A DNA stretch of 54,802 bases, the filler included, from Calcarisporiella thermophila CBS 279.70 (taxonomy: Eukaryota > Fungi > Calcarisporiellomycota), in assembly GCF_041956535.1 (NCBI RefSeq). It is 8 parts of 7 records of this genome, joined end to end, with 100 filler letters (N's around TTAATTAATTAA, not from the genome) between each part and the next. Parts side by side here need not be neighbours in the genome. Positions count along the whole stretch, not along the records: positions 24,404 to 28,582 come from NW_027192203.1; positions 28,683 to 31,356 come from NW_027192277.1; positions 31,457 to 44,827 come from NW_027192227.1; 5 more parts are not named here. The stretch is one strand, 5' to 3'. Position 1 is the stretch's first letter. Each line of letters begins with the position of its first letter. The position numbers and the translations under genes are program-made. The notes under the pieces are model-generated. The model had not been told where the DNA came from. It was given only the letters and a program-made list of their open reading frames with translations, and did no database searches. Shown here piece after piece: positions 24,954-37,500 of the stretch.

Positions 24954-24955
24954 TA

Positions 24956-25335
24956 TGTAAGGAAATGAACTTAGCCAAGTTCAATGTCCTTGGAACCTTT
25001 GCTTAGCATCGACCTTGATCCATCAAAGACCAAGCAACACCCATCCGCCAAGAACAATACAAGCATTTACCCATGAAAACCCACTTTAGCTTAGTTATAC
25101 TTTTATCCTTTTTACATTATTTAAGACACACGATCATTCGTCAGAATTAGTTTTAGGAATCACTCAATGTCACTTTTCCCTTAGTTTTCTTTAGTCAATT
25201 TCCCTTTTTGTCTTTAGAATAAACCTTGTCTTTATTTTTTCTTTGCAAAACCAAGTGTCCTTCCTTATATTCCTTATAAGCTATTTGTCTTTCTTATTTT
25301 AGTGGTGATCAATATACACTCATTAAAATCTAACA
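24956..25335. repeat. Possible solo LTR
   Basis: Begins TGTAAG and ends TAACA, 380 bp, non-coding, T-rich. No target-site duplication seen. Confidence 0.4.
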
Positions 25336-25414
25336 GTCCGCAGTCTATTTGTTATTTTCTGGTGTAATAATTCAAGTTTCTCTAGCTATTTTCCCATTAA
25401 ATCAAAATTTACAG

Positions 25415-27874
25415 CTATGAAACTTCACGGTGGAGAGACACATGTCGACCATCGGTGTATCTGAGAATTCCACCTAAGCAGCTATACCACGCCACCGGTT
25501 GATAAAAAAATATCTCCATAAGTAGTACCCTCCCCAGCTCGACTGCAACGTGTGGCCCGTATGAATTTAAATATAGTTGGGCTGCCTCCACAAGTTTACG
25601 TTCCGATTCATAGGTGTCTTCCAACCTGATTGAGTGTTGAATCCACAACGAAGGCTTGACGACCAAATCTTCAGCTAAAGTTTGTAATACACCTCCAATT
25701 CCGAGCCACTTCGCAAGATCACGTCCAACCTGGATAATATGCCCTTTGAATTTCACGTCAACCATATCAGAAATCCTAACCGTCGATGCCCCCCACTTTT
25801 TAGCAAACACGTCCTTTATGGTTAACCCATCAGGGAATCGCAGGTCATGGTTGGTCGAAGTGCAGTTACGCCAGTCATATTCGTATAGTTGCCTAAGTAT
25901 TTTCGACCTACCGCCAGCAATATCCCAGAGCAAACATTGCATTGTCGTAGCGTAATTGATATCACCAACGCAATAGTTCAGGACAACATTGAGCAGACCT
26001 AGTGTTCTAGAATATCCCTTTTTCAAGTCGCGTAGTTCAAGCTTGCCATCACATAGCGTGAAGAAGACGTTTCGCACCTCCAAATTCATTAAATCCCTAC
26101 CTACGTCGAAAATGTCGTTGACGAGGCAGCAGGTTAGGGCGCCAATTCCGCTCTTTTCTCCAAGTGAATCCACCACATATGGCCCAAGTCCACTATCTAT
26201 TATACAGTACCGACTGAAGGCCTTAATGTCATGCCATAAAACCCCTCTCACATGATACGCTGACCGCCGGTTTTTCATGTGCTCTGTCCGGGCTGACTTA
26301 TTCAGTAGATTTTTAAACCTGAAACAGCTGAATGCAGCGATGCTGCATTTGTAGTACTGCCGCCAGTCGTCATGAAAACACATCGCCTTGTTACCAACAA
26401 ATTTGACCAATCTTTCGACTTTAGTATGGATATCAGCGTTAGAGGACAGATCAGAGAAATAGTCGTGCACGAAAAGAAGTCCAGCAAGCCCCATGGCGAA
26501 CCGCTGATCACCGCCGTACACCATATTTGCCCAACCCATACATACAGCTGCGAGGTTAGCACTCTTTTCGAGTCCTATATAACCGAGCATGGATGCTAAT
26601 TTATCCCACGTATGTAGAGGCGAGAACCCATCATCGTGCATGGTAGGGATAATTTCAACCCGCCTAACATTCCGCACCCATTCGAGATTGCTCAGATCCA
26701 TATCAACAATGGTGAAGTAATGGGTGTCAAGCTGATCGCTGGAGAGCGAGTACACATCTTCATTAATTAATATAAACTCAACGCAGAGTTGGGGATTCCA
26801 TTGTGTCATGGGCAATTCACCGGACATATAGAGTACAATCTCACGGGCAAGGGTCCCGGCAGCACTTACGCGGTTGACAACTATATCGGCAGGATACAAA
26901 AATGACCGCTTCCCGTATTCAACCGTAATTAGAGGCGAAGCAGAGCAAATGCGTTGGCTTATTTCTGAGTCCATGTATTCTCTAGGGAGAGGTCGCGATA
27001 TCACCCATCGGTCGTTAAGGTCTGACAAGGTAATATTACTTTGTGGTGACTTGCCGTGAAGTGATATATGTTGTTTTAAATGACTGTAGCTATGATTGCA
27101 CCCAAATCTGCTCTCAAATCTACGCAAGATCCCTTGCATGGAGTTCACTTCTTCTCTTCTTTTCGGTACAAGCGGAGGATGATGTAGTACATGGTAGCAT
27201 AAGTTATCGCATTCAAACCGCATTGAGCAGACCCTCCGCACTGGTACTTCAAGCGATCTGCATGGATTAGATTGATCCTCTTGGTTAGTCAATGCCTCCA
27301 GTTCACCCAACTGTAGGTCGATTTTAAGCGCGTTTTTATTGTCCTCTTCCTGTTGGATTGGAACATGTACATCTACTACAATATGATCATACGGTTGGTT
27401 GACAACTGTCTCTTCCAGGGGGCAATCATGGAATTTTCCTGCTTCTTCATGGTAACCATAAAATGTGTTGAATCCTGGGTAGTTGCATATCATGTTACTG
27501 CCGTATGTATTGTGTTGAGTGGTAGCACAGTTATACCTAACCTCAGGCAATAGATAGTTTGCAGGGCATATCATCCTACACTTATCAAATAACAATGCAC
27601 TGTTCTCTATAATAAACACGTCATCGCTTTCCACACATCTACAAGATTGTTCGTTCATCCCATTGTCATCCAGATGTGGTTGTGTCCCATTCGAGTTAAA
27701 ATGGTTGACCGATCCTCCATCATTTCCCTCACAAGGGCTACTCTTTTCACTTGCGCTAGCTTCAGGGGATTGGACTCGTGTAATGAAAACTTTCTCGATA
27801 AATTCAAACCCACAGCTGTAGTTGTTTATGGCTACTTCACCTAAGTATGGATCGTCTAAACTTGGGACAATCAT
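25415..27874 (-). CDS. 819-aa intronless hypothetical protein; C-terminal half resembles a class I terpene/isoprenoid synthase fold
   Basis: Long uninterrupted ORF. Motifs HDYFSD, RY.IIDSG, NDIFDVGRD...E..N and W.....RS occur in terpene-synthase order. The functional call is tentative. Confidence 0.6.
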   Translation of the reverse strand: MIVPSLDDPYLGEVAINNYSCGFEFIEKVFITRVQSPEASASEKSSPCEGNDGGSVNHFNSNGTQPHLDDNGMNEQSCRCVESDDVFIIENSALLFDKCRMICPANYLLPEVRYNCATTQHNTYGSNMICNYPGFNTFYGYHEEAGKFHDCPLEETVVNQPYDHIVVDVHVPIQQEEDNKNALKIDLQLGELEALTNQEDQSNPCRSLEVPVRRVCSMRFECDNLCYHVLHHPPLVPKRREEVNSMQGILRRFESRFGCNHSYSHLKQHISLHGKSPQSNITLSDLNDRWVISRPLPREYMDSEISQRICSASPLITVEYGKRSFLYPADIVVNRVSAAGTLAREIVLYMSGELPMTQWNPQLCVEFILINEDVYSLSSDQLDTHYFTIVDMDLSNLEWVRNVRRVEIIPTMHDDGFSPLHTWDKLASMLGYIGLEKSANLAAVCMGWANMVYGGDQRFAMGLAGLLFVHDYFSDLSSNADIHTKVERLVKFVGNKAMCFHDDWRQYYKCSIAAFSCFRFKNLLNKSARTEHMKNRRSAYHVRGVLWHDIKAFSRYCIIDSGLGPYVVDSLGEKSGIGALTCCLVNDIFDVGRDLMNLEVRNVFFTLCDGKLELRDLKKGYSRTLGLLNVVLNYCVGDINYATTMQCLLWDIAGGRSKILRQLYEYDWRNCTSTNHDLRFPDGLTIKDVFAKKWGASTVRISDMVDVKFKGHIIQVGRDLAKWLGIGGVLQTLAEDLVVKPSLWIQHSIRLEDTYESERKLVEAAQLYLNSYGPHVAVELGRVLLMEIFFYQPVAWYSCLGGILRYTDGRHVSLHREVS

Positions 27875-28682
27875 ACCAAATAATGGAATTTATAACAGGA
27901 TTAGACAGTTGTCTTAGTAAATAATAGAGATCGGACATTTATTAGTTACATGATCATAATGATAAAAATATAAAGTGTATCCTCACCTTATTAAAAAATA
28001 GAGATCGGTAGGGAACAAAAGAAATAATGAGTAGTTTTTAAATAATAATAAATAAGCAAGAAGGTTATATAATCGCGGAGCAAATCTCTTCCAATAAATG
28101 TTACACTAGAAAATAACGGTTAAATTTAATACTTTTAAAGGATTCCTATTCGCTGAGATTTTAACCTATACAGTGGAACAAACCGATCTATGCTGCAGAA
28201 GCAGTGCAACCTATCATCTTTGGTTGCACAGCACATAGTTGGAGGGTTAAAGTGAACAAATAACTTTGGCTTGAAAAGAATACGCGTGGCTTGAAATCCG
28301 AAATTGTTCTATGCAGCAGTATACGAAATTTTTCTTTCTCCAATACTTGTATTAATCTCCTGATTGTTGTTTAGTCTCTATTCACCCCTAAGAGAAGTAA
28401 ATATGCAGCCTTTTGTTAGATTAATAAGTTAAAATTTCTAGAATATAATTTATGCAGATTACCATGTAGAAAGCTGTAACACGACCGAATTTACACTATA
28501 ATATTAAATAGAATGCGGACTACGTCAGCAGTCCATGCTTCACGATGATGAGGCCGTTTTATTGGACAAATGAGCTACTTTCNNNNNNNNNNNNNNNNNN
28601 NNNNNNNNNNNNNNNNNNNNNNNNNNTTAATTAATTAANNNNNNNNNNNNNNNNNNNNNNNNNNNNNNNNNNNNNNNNNNNN

Positions 28683-28776
28683 AACCTAACCTAACCTAAC
28701 CTAACCTAACCTAACCTAACCTAACCTAACCTAACCTAACCTAACCTAACCTAACCTAACCTAACCTAACCTAACC
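28683..28776. repeat. Telomeric tract (CCTAA)n = (TTAGG)n, about 19 units
   Basis: Perfect pentamer array at the very start of a contig, C-rich strand 5', as expected for a chromosome end. Confidence 0.9.
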
Positions 28777-29091
28777 ATTCGACATTTCAGATCCACTAAA
28801 TACTAGCGGAATATTCATCTAATAAAAATTGTACATGGGATAATTATATTATTAAAATGCAATAATACTGTAAACGGTATTGACTATGCTTAGATTTCTT
28901 TCATTCTTTTCAAATATATATTGTAACCTTATATATAAATTAAAAATAAATTGGACTAGAAGAACACGCTAATGTGCACTGTATATTGCTAATTGTTCTA
29001 CTCTCTTCGTTTATTCTCTCCTAAACATAATGCAAATTTTTTGGTGTTATGAATATAATATTTATTACACTAATATTTTACCACCTGTGCA

Positions 29092-30260
29092 TGGTAGCAG
29101 GACGACATATACATTAGTTGATAATACCATAGATCGCTCTTCAAGTGCAGCGTCACCGATAATCCATACATTACTTTGAGTAAAATATGTAAAACAGTAT
29201 GAGAACCTTTATTATCGCTGTAAAGAATGTCTTGATTCTTTTCGTTATTATTCCTACTTCTAATTCCTGTCATTCCATTGTTTTCTATACGATGCTTCTG
29301 AATTTATTTTTGGATTCCCCACCTGTATTACCTATATTAATTTTAGCCTGCCCAATTTTGAACCATTATATGCATTAAAGTAGTTTACTCGGAAAATTAT
29401 AAAATAGGAATGATGTACTGAGCACCAAGGTATTTCATGGAGTAATTCTTGAAACTCTCTTCTCTCTACAGGTAGAAATAACCTTTTTAAATACAATAAT
29501 GAAAACCCCAAACCATCGTTATCGAAGCGGAGGGGATGCTGACATCTTATTAAACTTTTGTAACTTTATTAAAAAATTCTCATAACGAAACTGCTTTATA
29601 CTGTATGGCTATATAATGATCTGGGATTATAGTAGCTATGCTAAAAAACTAGAAAATGGATGAGGAATCAAAAAGTAAAAATAATAGGATTAATAAGAAA
29701 ATAAAAAAATGATTGGAATTACCACTAAGAATGATCACACAATATAGTGGTTCGAAATTGGGCAGGCTAAAATTAATATAGAAAAACACTGGTCGTGTAT
29801 TATTAAAATATTATAGAATAAAATACCATTAATTATCCTCACCTAAAATTAATATAGAAAAACACAGGTGAGGAATCAAAAATTAAAATTAGAAGCATTA
29901 TATAGAAAATAATGGAATGATTGAAATTAAAGGTAAGAAGAATAACAAAGATAATAAAGAAATAATAAAGACATTCTTTACAAAGATGATAAACGTTCTC
30001 ATACTGATTTACACATTTTACTCAATATTGTATGGATTATCGGTGACCCTGCGCTTGAAGATCGTTCTATGGTATTATCGACTATTGTATATGTCGTCCT
30101 GCTACACACAACGATAAACAGCATTCTTTACAAAATTAACTAACCTTCTCATATACTGATTGTGTTCGAAATATTGCAACGATTATCCGTGGTCCTGCAC
30201 TTGTATATCGTTTTATGCCACAGTATTTATCAATTATTGTATATGCCGTCCTGATACATA
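29092..30260. repeat. Subtelomeric degenerate inverted repeat plus a third partial copy
   Basis: 29092-29372 is the diverged reverse complement of ~29742-30105. 30121-30260 repeats ~29970-30110 directly. Confidence 0.8.
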
Positions 30261-31456
30261 CTTCGTATCTTTTAAAAAATATATATTATATACTGTAGGT
30301 TTTAGTCACGGGACTTGATTTATATTTGTAATCATATCATATTCAAACCATCTCTTTTACAAAACAATACACCAAATTCATTTGATAGAATTATGAAAAT
30401 TTTATACTATATTTACTCTATTTTCATAAAGCAGTATTTTACAGCTGCTAACAAGCAATATATTCCATTTGCAAAACATATCGTAATCTTAACTACTCTA
30501 CGTAGATGATAGAGCAAATCTCTACAACCTAAATTATGCTATTTGATTACCCATTGGAATAGTAATTTATATTTTTTATGTGTATGGTAGTTACTTTGTT
30601 GTATTTTCAGTTCTATAAAAACTCGTTCATACAGTACAATACTCCTTTATTTATCGTATCTATGCTAAATCTTCCAACTGATTATAATGATTTTAATATC
30701 GCACGCAATAATTTCGGACCATAGACTTTTTTTTTGCAAGCAATCGGTACTAAAAACCATAATAGCCTGCTGTCTCTCTATACTAATTTATTTATTGTAT
30801 TTTTGTTTTTTAGTGGCCTTTTTCTTGAGTAACAAATTCTTTCGAGTCACTATTACAGTATCTGGTTTTGCTTACATTGGGTTTACTACTGCACTTCATG
30901 CCCTCTCTATCTAGATACTGAGGATTATTTACCAACATTATTGTCAGCGTGACAATAGGTCAGTTTTTATTTACATGATAATTGGGATAGTTTGCTAATA
31001 CAAAATTTTCATGTCCCAGCCGGTGATATTAAAATTCTCCTCTTCTCACCCTATATTTTATTGCTTAATCTGGTCTATCTACAGAAGCCTAGCCTATGAA
31101 AAACCAGATAATTTTTCTATTTACTATTTTTATTTCTCATCGGGAATACACCACTTTTTTTTTATTATATTCTAATAGTCTACTGTCCAGCATTTCAATT
31201 CACTGATTATCGTCTCACAAAAGCATCATACGTCTCTTTCGATTTACTGTATATGAATACTGGCATACACTACTGTGTCAGGTCTTTTAATTATTTCTGT
31301 GATATGGAGTACTGTATATTCAGAAGGATTGCTATCCGAAAATTGTAGATATCCACNNNNNNNNNNNNNNNNNNNNNNNNNNNNNNNNNNNNNNNNNNNN
31401 TTAATTAATTAANNNNNNNNNNNNNNNNNNNNNNNNNNNNNNNNNNNNNNNNNNNN

Positions 31457-32545
31457 GGCACCCTCTTCAATTGCGATGTTATCGGGCGTTAGTTGAACTT
31501 GTGCTTCGAATCCGTTGTGCAGACAATCAAAATGAGATTTGCCTTTTTCACCGACGCAAAAATCTTTTATCAATAACGATTCTGGTACAGAAAGCTGGTT
31601 TAAACAGTGCAAGGCCAGAAAGTTATTTATCGGGCTGTCCAATATCTTCTTCAACACGTCTTTAAATTTTGCCATCATTCTCTCCACCGCTCCAAGTTCG
31701 ATCTTATCAAGTCGAGTTAAGATATTTGCAAAGATTGAATTGGATCCATCAGAAACAAATTCCACACCTAAAGCGTACTCCGTTGATTCAAATTCACAAC
31801 ACATGCTTGATTTAAAACCAGGATTCCCGTCTCCCACCATTCTGGATTCTTCTAAGACCAGGTGCTGATAAGAGAAAAGAGTCGAGAACCTTTTCCGTCT
31901 CCACTGATGACCGGTACATCGTTTGACATCAGTGATTGCTACATGACTATGTAAAAGTGCAGTTTTGTAGAAATCCTTCACAGTCAGAAGTAGCTCTCGT
32001 ACTTCCATTGAGTCTTTTAATGCAAGCCGGATTGGGATTGTGTTGACATGCGTTCCGATTATTCTAAATAAATGATTATAAGCATATAACATGATTAAGA
32101 ATTTCATATTCGTTCAAAGAGTTTAACTTCAGAAGATATAATATACACGATACCTGGCGCAATCCCCTTCATCTTGCCCCGAAATAATACAGGTATAGAT
32201 GACATCATCGCAGCGAGTATAATGTCGAAGAACAATTGCCCAAATTGTTTGCAAAAAGTTTAGCACTGTCACATTAAAACTCTTACAAAAAGTCAAAATT
32301 TGATCAAATTGCAATTCAAGCTTGTATTGCAGTGATTTCGTCCGAGCACTTTGTTTAGGCCTGTCGAGTTCATCGCTAATACCCCTAGTATGCCATTCCT
32401 CTGAAATGTCGGCTCCATCAAAGGTGGAAACCCAAAACTTTCTTGCCTCGTCTACATATTTAGCCTGAAGTAAAGTCGGGGCTTCAATTACTCCTAGAGT
32501 AGAATCTGGATGTGAAGAGGCGTCTATAACACGAACACGTGTCAT
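31457..32545 (-). CDS. 5' end of NRPS: truncated condensation domain plus start of A domain; intron 32064-32153
   Basis: ARKFW, LQTIWAIVLRHYT..DDV, IIG..VNTIPIR, FSTLFSYQ, EYAL (C-lobe of a C domain), then CLHNGFEAQVQLTPDNIAIE (A-domain start). Cut by the spacer. Confidence 0.88.
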
Positions 32546-34541
32546 TATGGAGGACGCAATTGTAAGATTTAACACTACCAAGCTCTAGTTAAAAGTATCT
32601 TTGGTGATTGTAAAAGTCGTTTCTGCATTTAAATAACTATAAACTATGCTAAATATTTTGCTAATACATGTAATACTACACAATACTCGGAGCTCCAACT
32701 TGTTTATTGGAACCAAGTAGTATTCCATGCTGGTATTTTGGAACGACACACTTTTTTAACCAGATGGGTCGAATAGAAATAATAGAAGGTCATAGGAATG
32801 AAGGTTACACGAGTACAAAAGTCGACGATAGCTAGATAGGATAGGCGACATAAATTTTCTCCCAAGAACAAAGTTATCTCACTTTCACGTAAGTGTAAAT
32901 AAGCTTTAGTCAAATATTATAACTAAATCAAATATGTGCAACCACATATTGCCCAAGGAAGGTTAGTATATAATTCACCATAAGCAACAAATAGTAGTAT
33001 AATACACTTATCTCTTTAAGCCAAGCGTATTCGACGTCATATATGGAGAGGTCCAAGCAAACACTGCAGTCAACATTTCGAGCCGTTAATCAAAATAAAA
33101 TGATAGAAAATAATAAAAGAAAGGCTTAAGTGGTCAAGGTATAAATGGGAAGAAGCTACCAGAAAACTTTTGTTCTGAAGTCCAGCAGAGGCGAATGTAT
33201 GGCAAAATAATAAAATAGTGCAAGAAAAAAATTATATTGCCGTTTACTTTGAAGGCGAGAGAGGAAGCTTTTGTCTCTCTTCATATCGCTCTAACCATCA
33301 CATACCAGCAACCACAATATCTTCGCAATGAATTGATATTATTTATAAAACTTCAATATTTCAATAACTTCTTTCCAACGAAGGTGATTCGATCTTAATG
33401 CATAAATACGATTTCAAAATTTAAGTCATATTGCTTAAACAAAGATCAGAATAATGTTTACAAATATTTTTTCCGTTGTGAATGCTATATCCTATCATAT
33501 TATGCTGCAATTGATCAACAATATAAATTGAAAGTTCAAGACGCAAAGGAAGTAATCTTATCAAAGTATATGTTACCATAATTTTTAGAATATCCCTGAA
33601 ATCTAATCCTCCTCGATTCAAAGCTCTTGTTAATTTTTTTAACCTGAATTTACCAAAATATACTAGCGCCCAATTTGTGAAGTAGAACAAGGTTACCTCG
33701 GTAGGACGCTGAGAAACATATTGGCCAATAATTTTCCTCGAATTAGTCTATTTCATACTGATAAACCTCAGTTTTTTTAAGATATAAATATTTATAAATA
33801 CAGTTGTATGTATTAATAGCTGAGTAGTTTTTTATTTTATGAAATTACAATACACATTGCCAAGCAGTTTGAATACAATACCGCAATAAAACTTCGGTAA
33901 TAGCTGCTTAAAACTTTGAAATCTTGGATAATTTATTTATTCCGATAAATTTAGTTGTAATATTCTATACTTGTACACGTTTTTTTGCCATTGTGCCATG
34001 TGAATAATCTTATCAAACATAAAATTACGACTTAAATCAAAAACTTTAATCGACAGCCTGAGAACAGCTGCTTTTTCAATTTCATATATAAAAATTCAAT
34101 AAGCCAAAATATTCATTTCGCAGTATGAACCATTTAAAGCTTTTATGTGGTATTTTAAAGTTTTCAATTAAGATACACATAACTGCAAATATAATTTATG
34201 ATATGTTTTATTCAAGAAAAGTTTGAACAGTAAAAACCAACAGCTAAAACAATAGCTATTGCATGGTCAAATTTTATGGCTACTTTTAATGGAAACAGTC
34301 ATTGTAATACAGCTCATTTTTAGCAAAAAAAAAAAAAAATACACATGATATCCTCAGATTCTCTAATATGATTTGTGTTAGGTTACATATTAACTTAAAA
34401 GTAGATTTTTGAGGTAAATTCTCCAAAATATAAAATGGAGTTGATTGAAGTTGATATGTGTTGGAAAGTTTTTCTGAATGCTTTATGTTTCTATATTAAA
34501 TAATTTAATCCAAAAATAAGGGCACTTTGTTTATTTCATTT

Positions 34542-37500
34542 ATGGAGCTTCCTACATTGAATGGTCCTAGCGATACCAAATCTATCCAATTGCCGAAAAG
34601 AAAAAAAATATTAAAAAATCCATTCAATAAGCAATCAACACAATATGACGAAGTTTTCAAGATATCTTATTTACATCTCTATCGATATGCGAGTAAGTTT
34701 GATATGCTTTTGATTTCGTAAGTGTTTACATACCAGTATATGTCAGCTACATATTCTAATTAAATATTTCCTACAGACTCGGAATATTATCAAGTATTAT
34801 GGCAGGCGTTTCGAAATCGTTTGTTATTGTATTGCTATGGAAAGCTGTTGCTATCATCAGATCGATAGATGACCCTAATTATGACAATCAGGATATAAAT
34901 GGTGCCATTATACCGCTTTTAGGATTAGTTATTTCAGTCATACTTTCCTCTTATTTGTTAAATTGTTTTTGGTCACTTGCAGGTGAGAACCAGACTAAGG
35001 TAAATGAATTACCCATTTTTCTAAGGCATATTTTATATTCAGTTTATTTTTTTGCATAGCGTATCCGCGAACTGTATTTCCATGCGATTCTTTACCAAGA
35101 TCAAAGCTGGTTTGATCTAAACCAGTTCGAGTCTCTTAGCACACGGCTTTCATCTGACACTTTGCTTATCCAAGAAGGTCTTTCAGAAAAAGTCGGGTTT
35201 ATTCTTATGGATACGTCATTTGCAATTTGTAATTTTACGCTTGCGTTTTATTTTGGATGGAGAGTGTCAGTTGTATTGCTCGTGATTGTGCCAATGTTTG
35301 GATTTTCAGGCTATGCGTTTGGACATGTATTAAGGAATCAGACACAAAAAGTGCAGAGTGCTTATTCGAATGCTGGGATGCTAGTAGAGCAATGCATTTC
35401 TGGAATTCGCACAATTGCCTCCTTTTCCATGCAGCAGCAATTTATTGATCGCTTCAGTGCATTTCTCAATGTTGCCTATCAAGCTGGCGTACGTAAAGCT
35501 ACGAGAGCAGGTATGTAAATCAACTGATATGCTTTATTTGAGAAGGACTATACTAATATTGAAATTGAATTGAAGGAATCTTTATGGGACTGTTTGAGCT
35601 TATTGATTTTAGCGCCTATAGCTTTGCTTTTTGGTATGGGGCACACTTAATTTCTCAAGGAGTTACAACTAGAACGGTGGCATTACAAGCGTTTTTTTTA
35701 ATAGCGTCAGGATCGGCTGTAATTGGGTAATTTCTTTCTCTTCTTTACGAATACAATCACCAGAAAAATATTCATTCAAACATGGATAGTCAAATAGCAC
35801 CCAATTACAAAGCGCTTGTGGAAGCTCAGGTAGCAGCGTATAAAATATTTGCAGTCATTGACTATAGACCGGCTATCACATCAAGTATTAATCCCCAGAG
35901 CAAAAGCACTAATTGTAATACTTGCCAAGGCGAGATCACGTTTTGTAACGTTCATTTCAGCTATCCATCTCGCCCCAGTATCTCAACATTGTCAGGGATC
36001 GAATTCAAAGTTCCTAGTGGCAAAACGGTTGCACTCGTTGGCGCTTCTGGAGGAGGAAAATCAACCATTACGCATTTGATACAGCGGTTTTATGATCCAA
36101 CCTCGGGCATGATTTTGCTGGATGGAATGGATCTGCGAGAGCTTAATATAAGTTGGTTGCGAAAGCAAATCGGAGTAGTTGGGCAGGAACCGGTTCTATT
36201 CGATGATACTATTCGCAACAATGTTGCTCTCGGTGCACTCAATCGTAATCCGACGCAAAAGGAGATCGAGGAGGCATGTATTATGGCAAATTGTCACGAT
36301 TTCATTATCAGTCTGCCTCATGGATATGACACGAGGGTTGGAGAACTAGGCTCCCAACTATCAGGAGGTCAAAAGCAGCGGATTGCCCTGGCGAGAGCTT
36401 TAATCCGTAACCCAGCTATCTTGTTGTTAGATGAAGCGACGTCCGCACTTGATACTGCATCCGAAAAGCTGGTGCAAGAAGCACTGAAATCTGCATCCAA
36501 AAATCGGACAACTCTAATCATTGCACACAGACTCTCTACGGTTCGTGAGGCAGATTGGATAATTGTGATAGAAAACGGAAAGATAGTTGAGCAGGGCACA
36601 CACGCACAATTAATGACGAAAGGAGGTATCTATATGGCATACGTGCGGAAGCAACAACTCAAAGATGATGAGGACACCAAGGATGAGAACTACATTGATT
36701 CTCCCTTCAAAATGGCGAGTAAAATAGATCAGGAGAACAAACCGAGCATTATAAATAATTTGAAGGATAACAATAAATTGACTAAAACAGTCGGGGTGGA
36801 TATCTATTCAGAAAAACGACCTATATATAGGACATTGCGAATGATGTCCCCGGAATGGATATTGATTGGATTAGCCACACTTGGTGGCTTCATAATTGGA
36901 GCAGTAAGTTGCTCATCATCTCTTTTCTTTGCTATGATTTATCTGAAAGATCATATTCCAGGTCTACCCTATTCATGGTCTATTCATTGGCCGTATAGTT
37001 GACGTTTTCGGACTACCCGCTGATCAAGTGGAAGGAGCTACCAGGTTTTGGTCTCTTCTATATGGTAACCACCTCGAGTTCTTAAACTACCATTATCAAT
37101 CTCTAAAATATCACGTTATTTTGTAATATAGTCGCATTGGCTATCATAAGCTTCATTGCATCTCTACTAAGAGACGGAGTGACACTTTTTTGTGGTGAAC
37201 GCTTCGTTCGGCGATTGCGGGCGCAAACGTTCCGCAATCTCTTACGTCAAGAAATAGCCTTTTTCGACCACCCCGAACACACTACAAGTGTCCTTACATA
37301 CAGATTAGCTAAAGACGCTACAGAGATTTCGGAATTGCCAAAATTGGTCATTGTTGATGGAGGAAGTGCTATTTCGGCACTGTTTTTTGGTTTACTCATA
37401 GCTTTTAAATATGGGTGGAAATTAACATTGGCGCTGTTACCGGTAATGCCCCTTATTATAGGCTCGTTGCTTTTCCGCCTTAAGTCACTAAATGGGTAAC

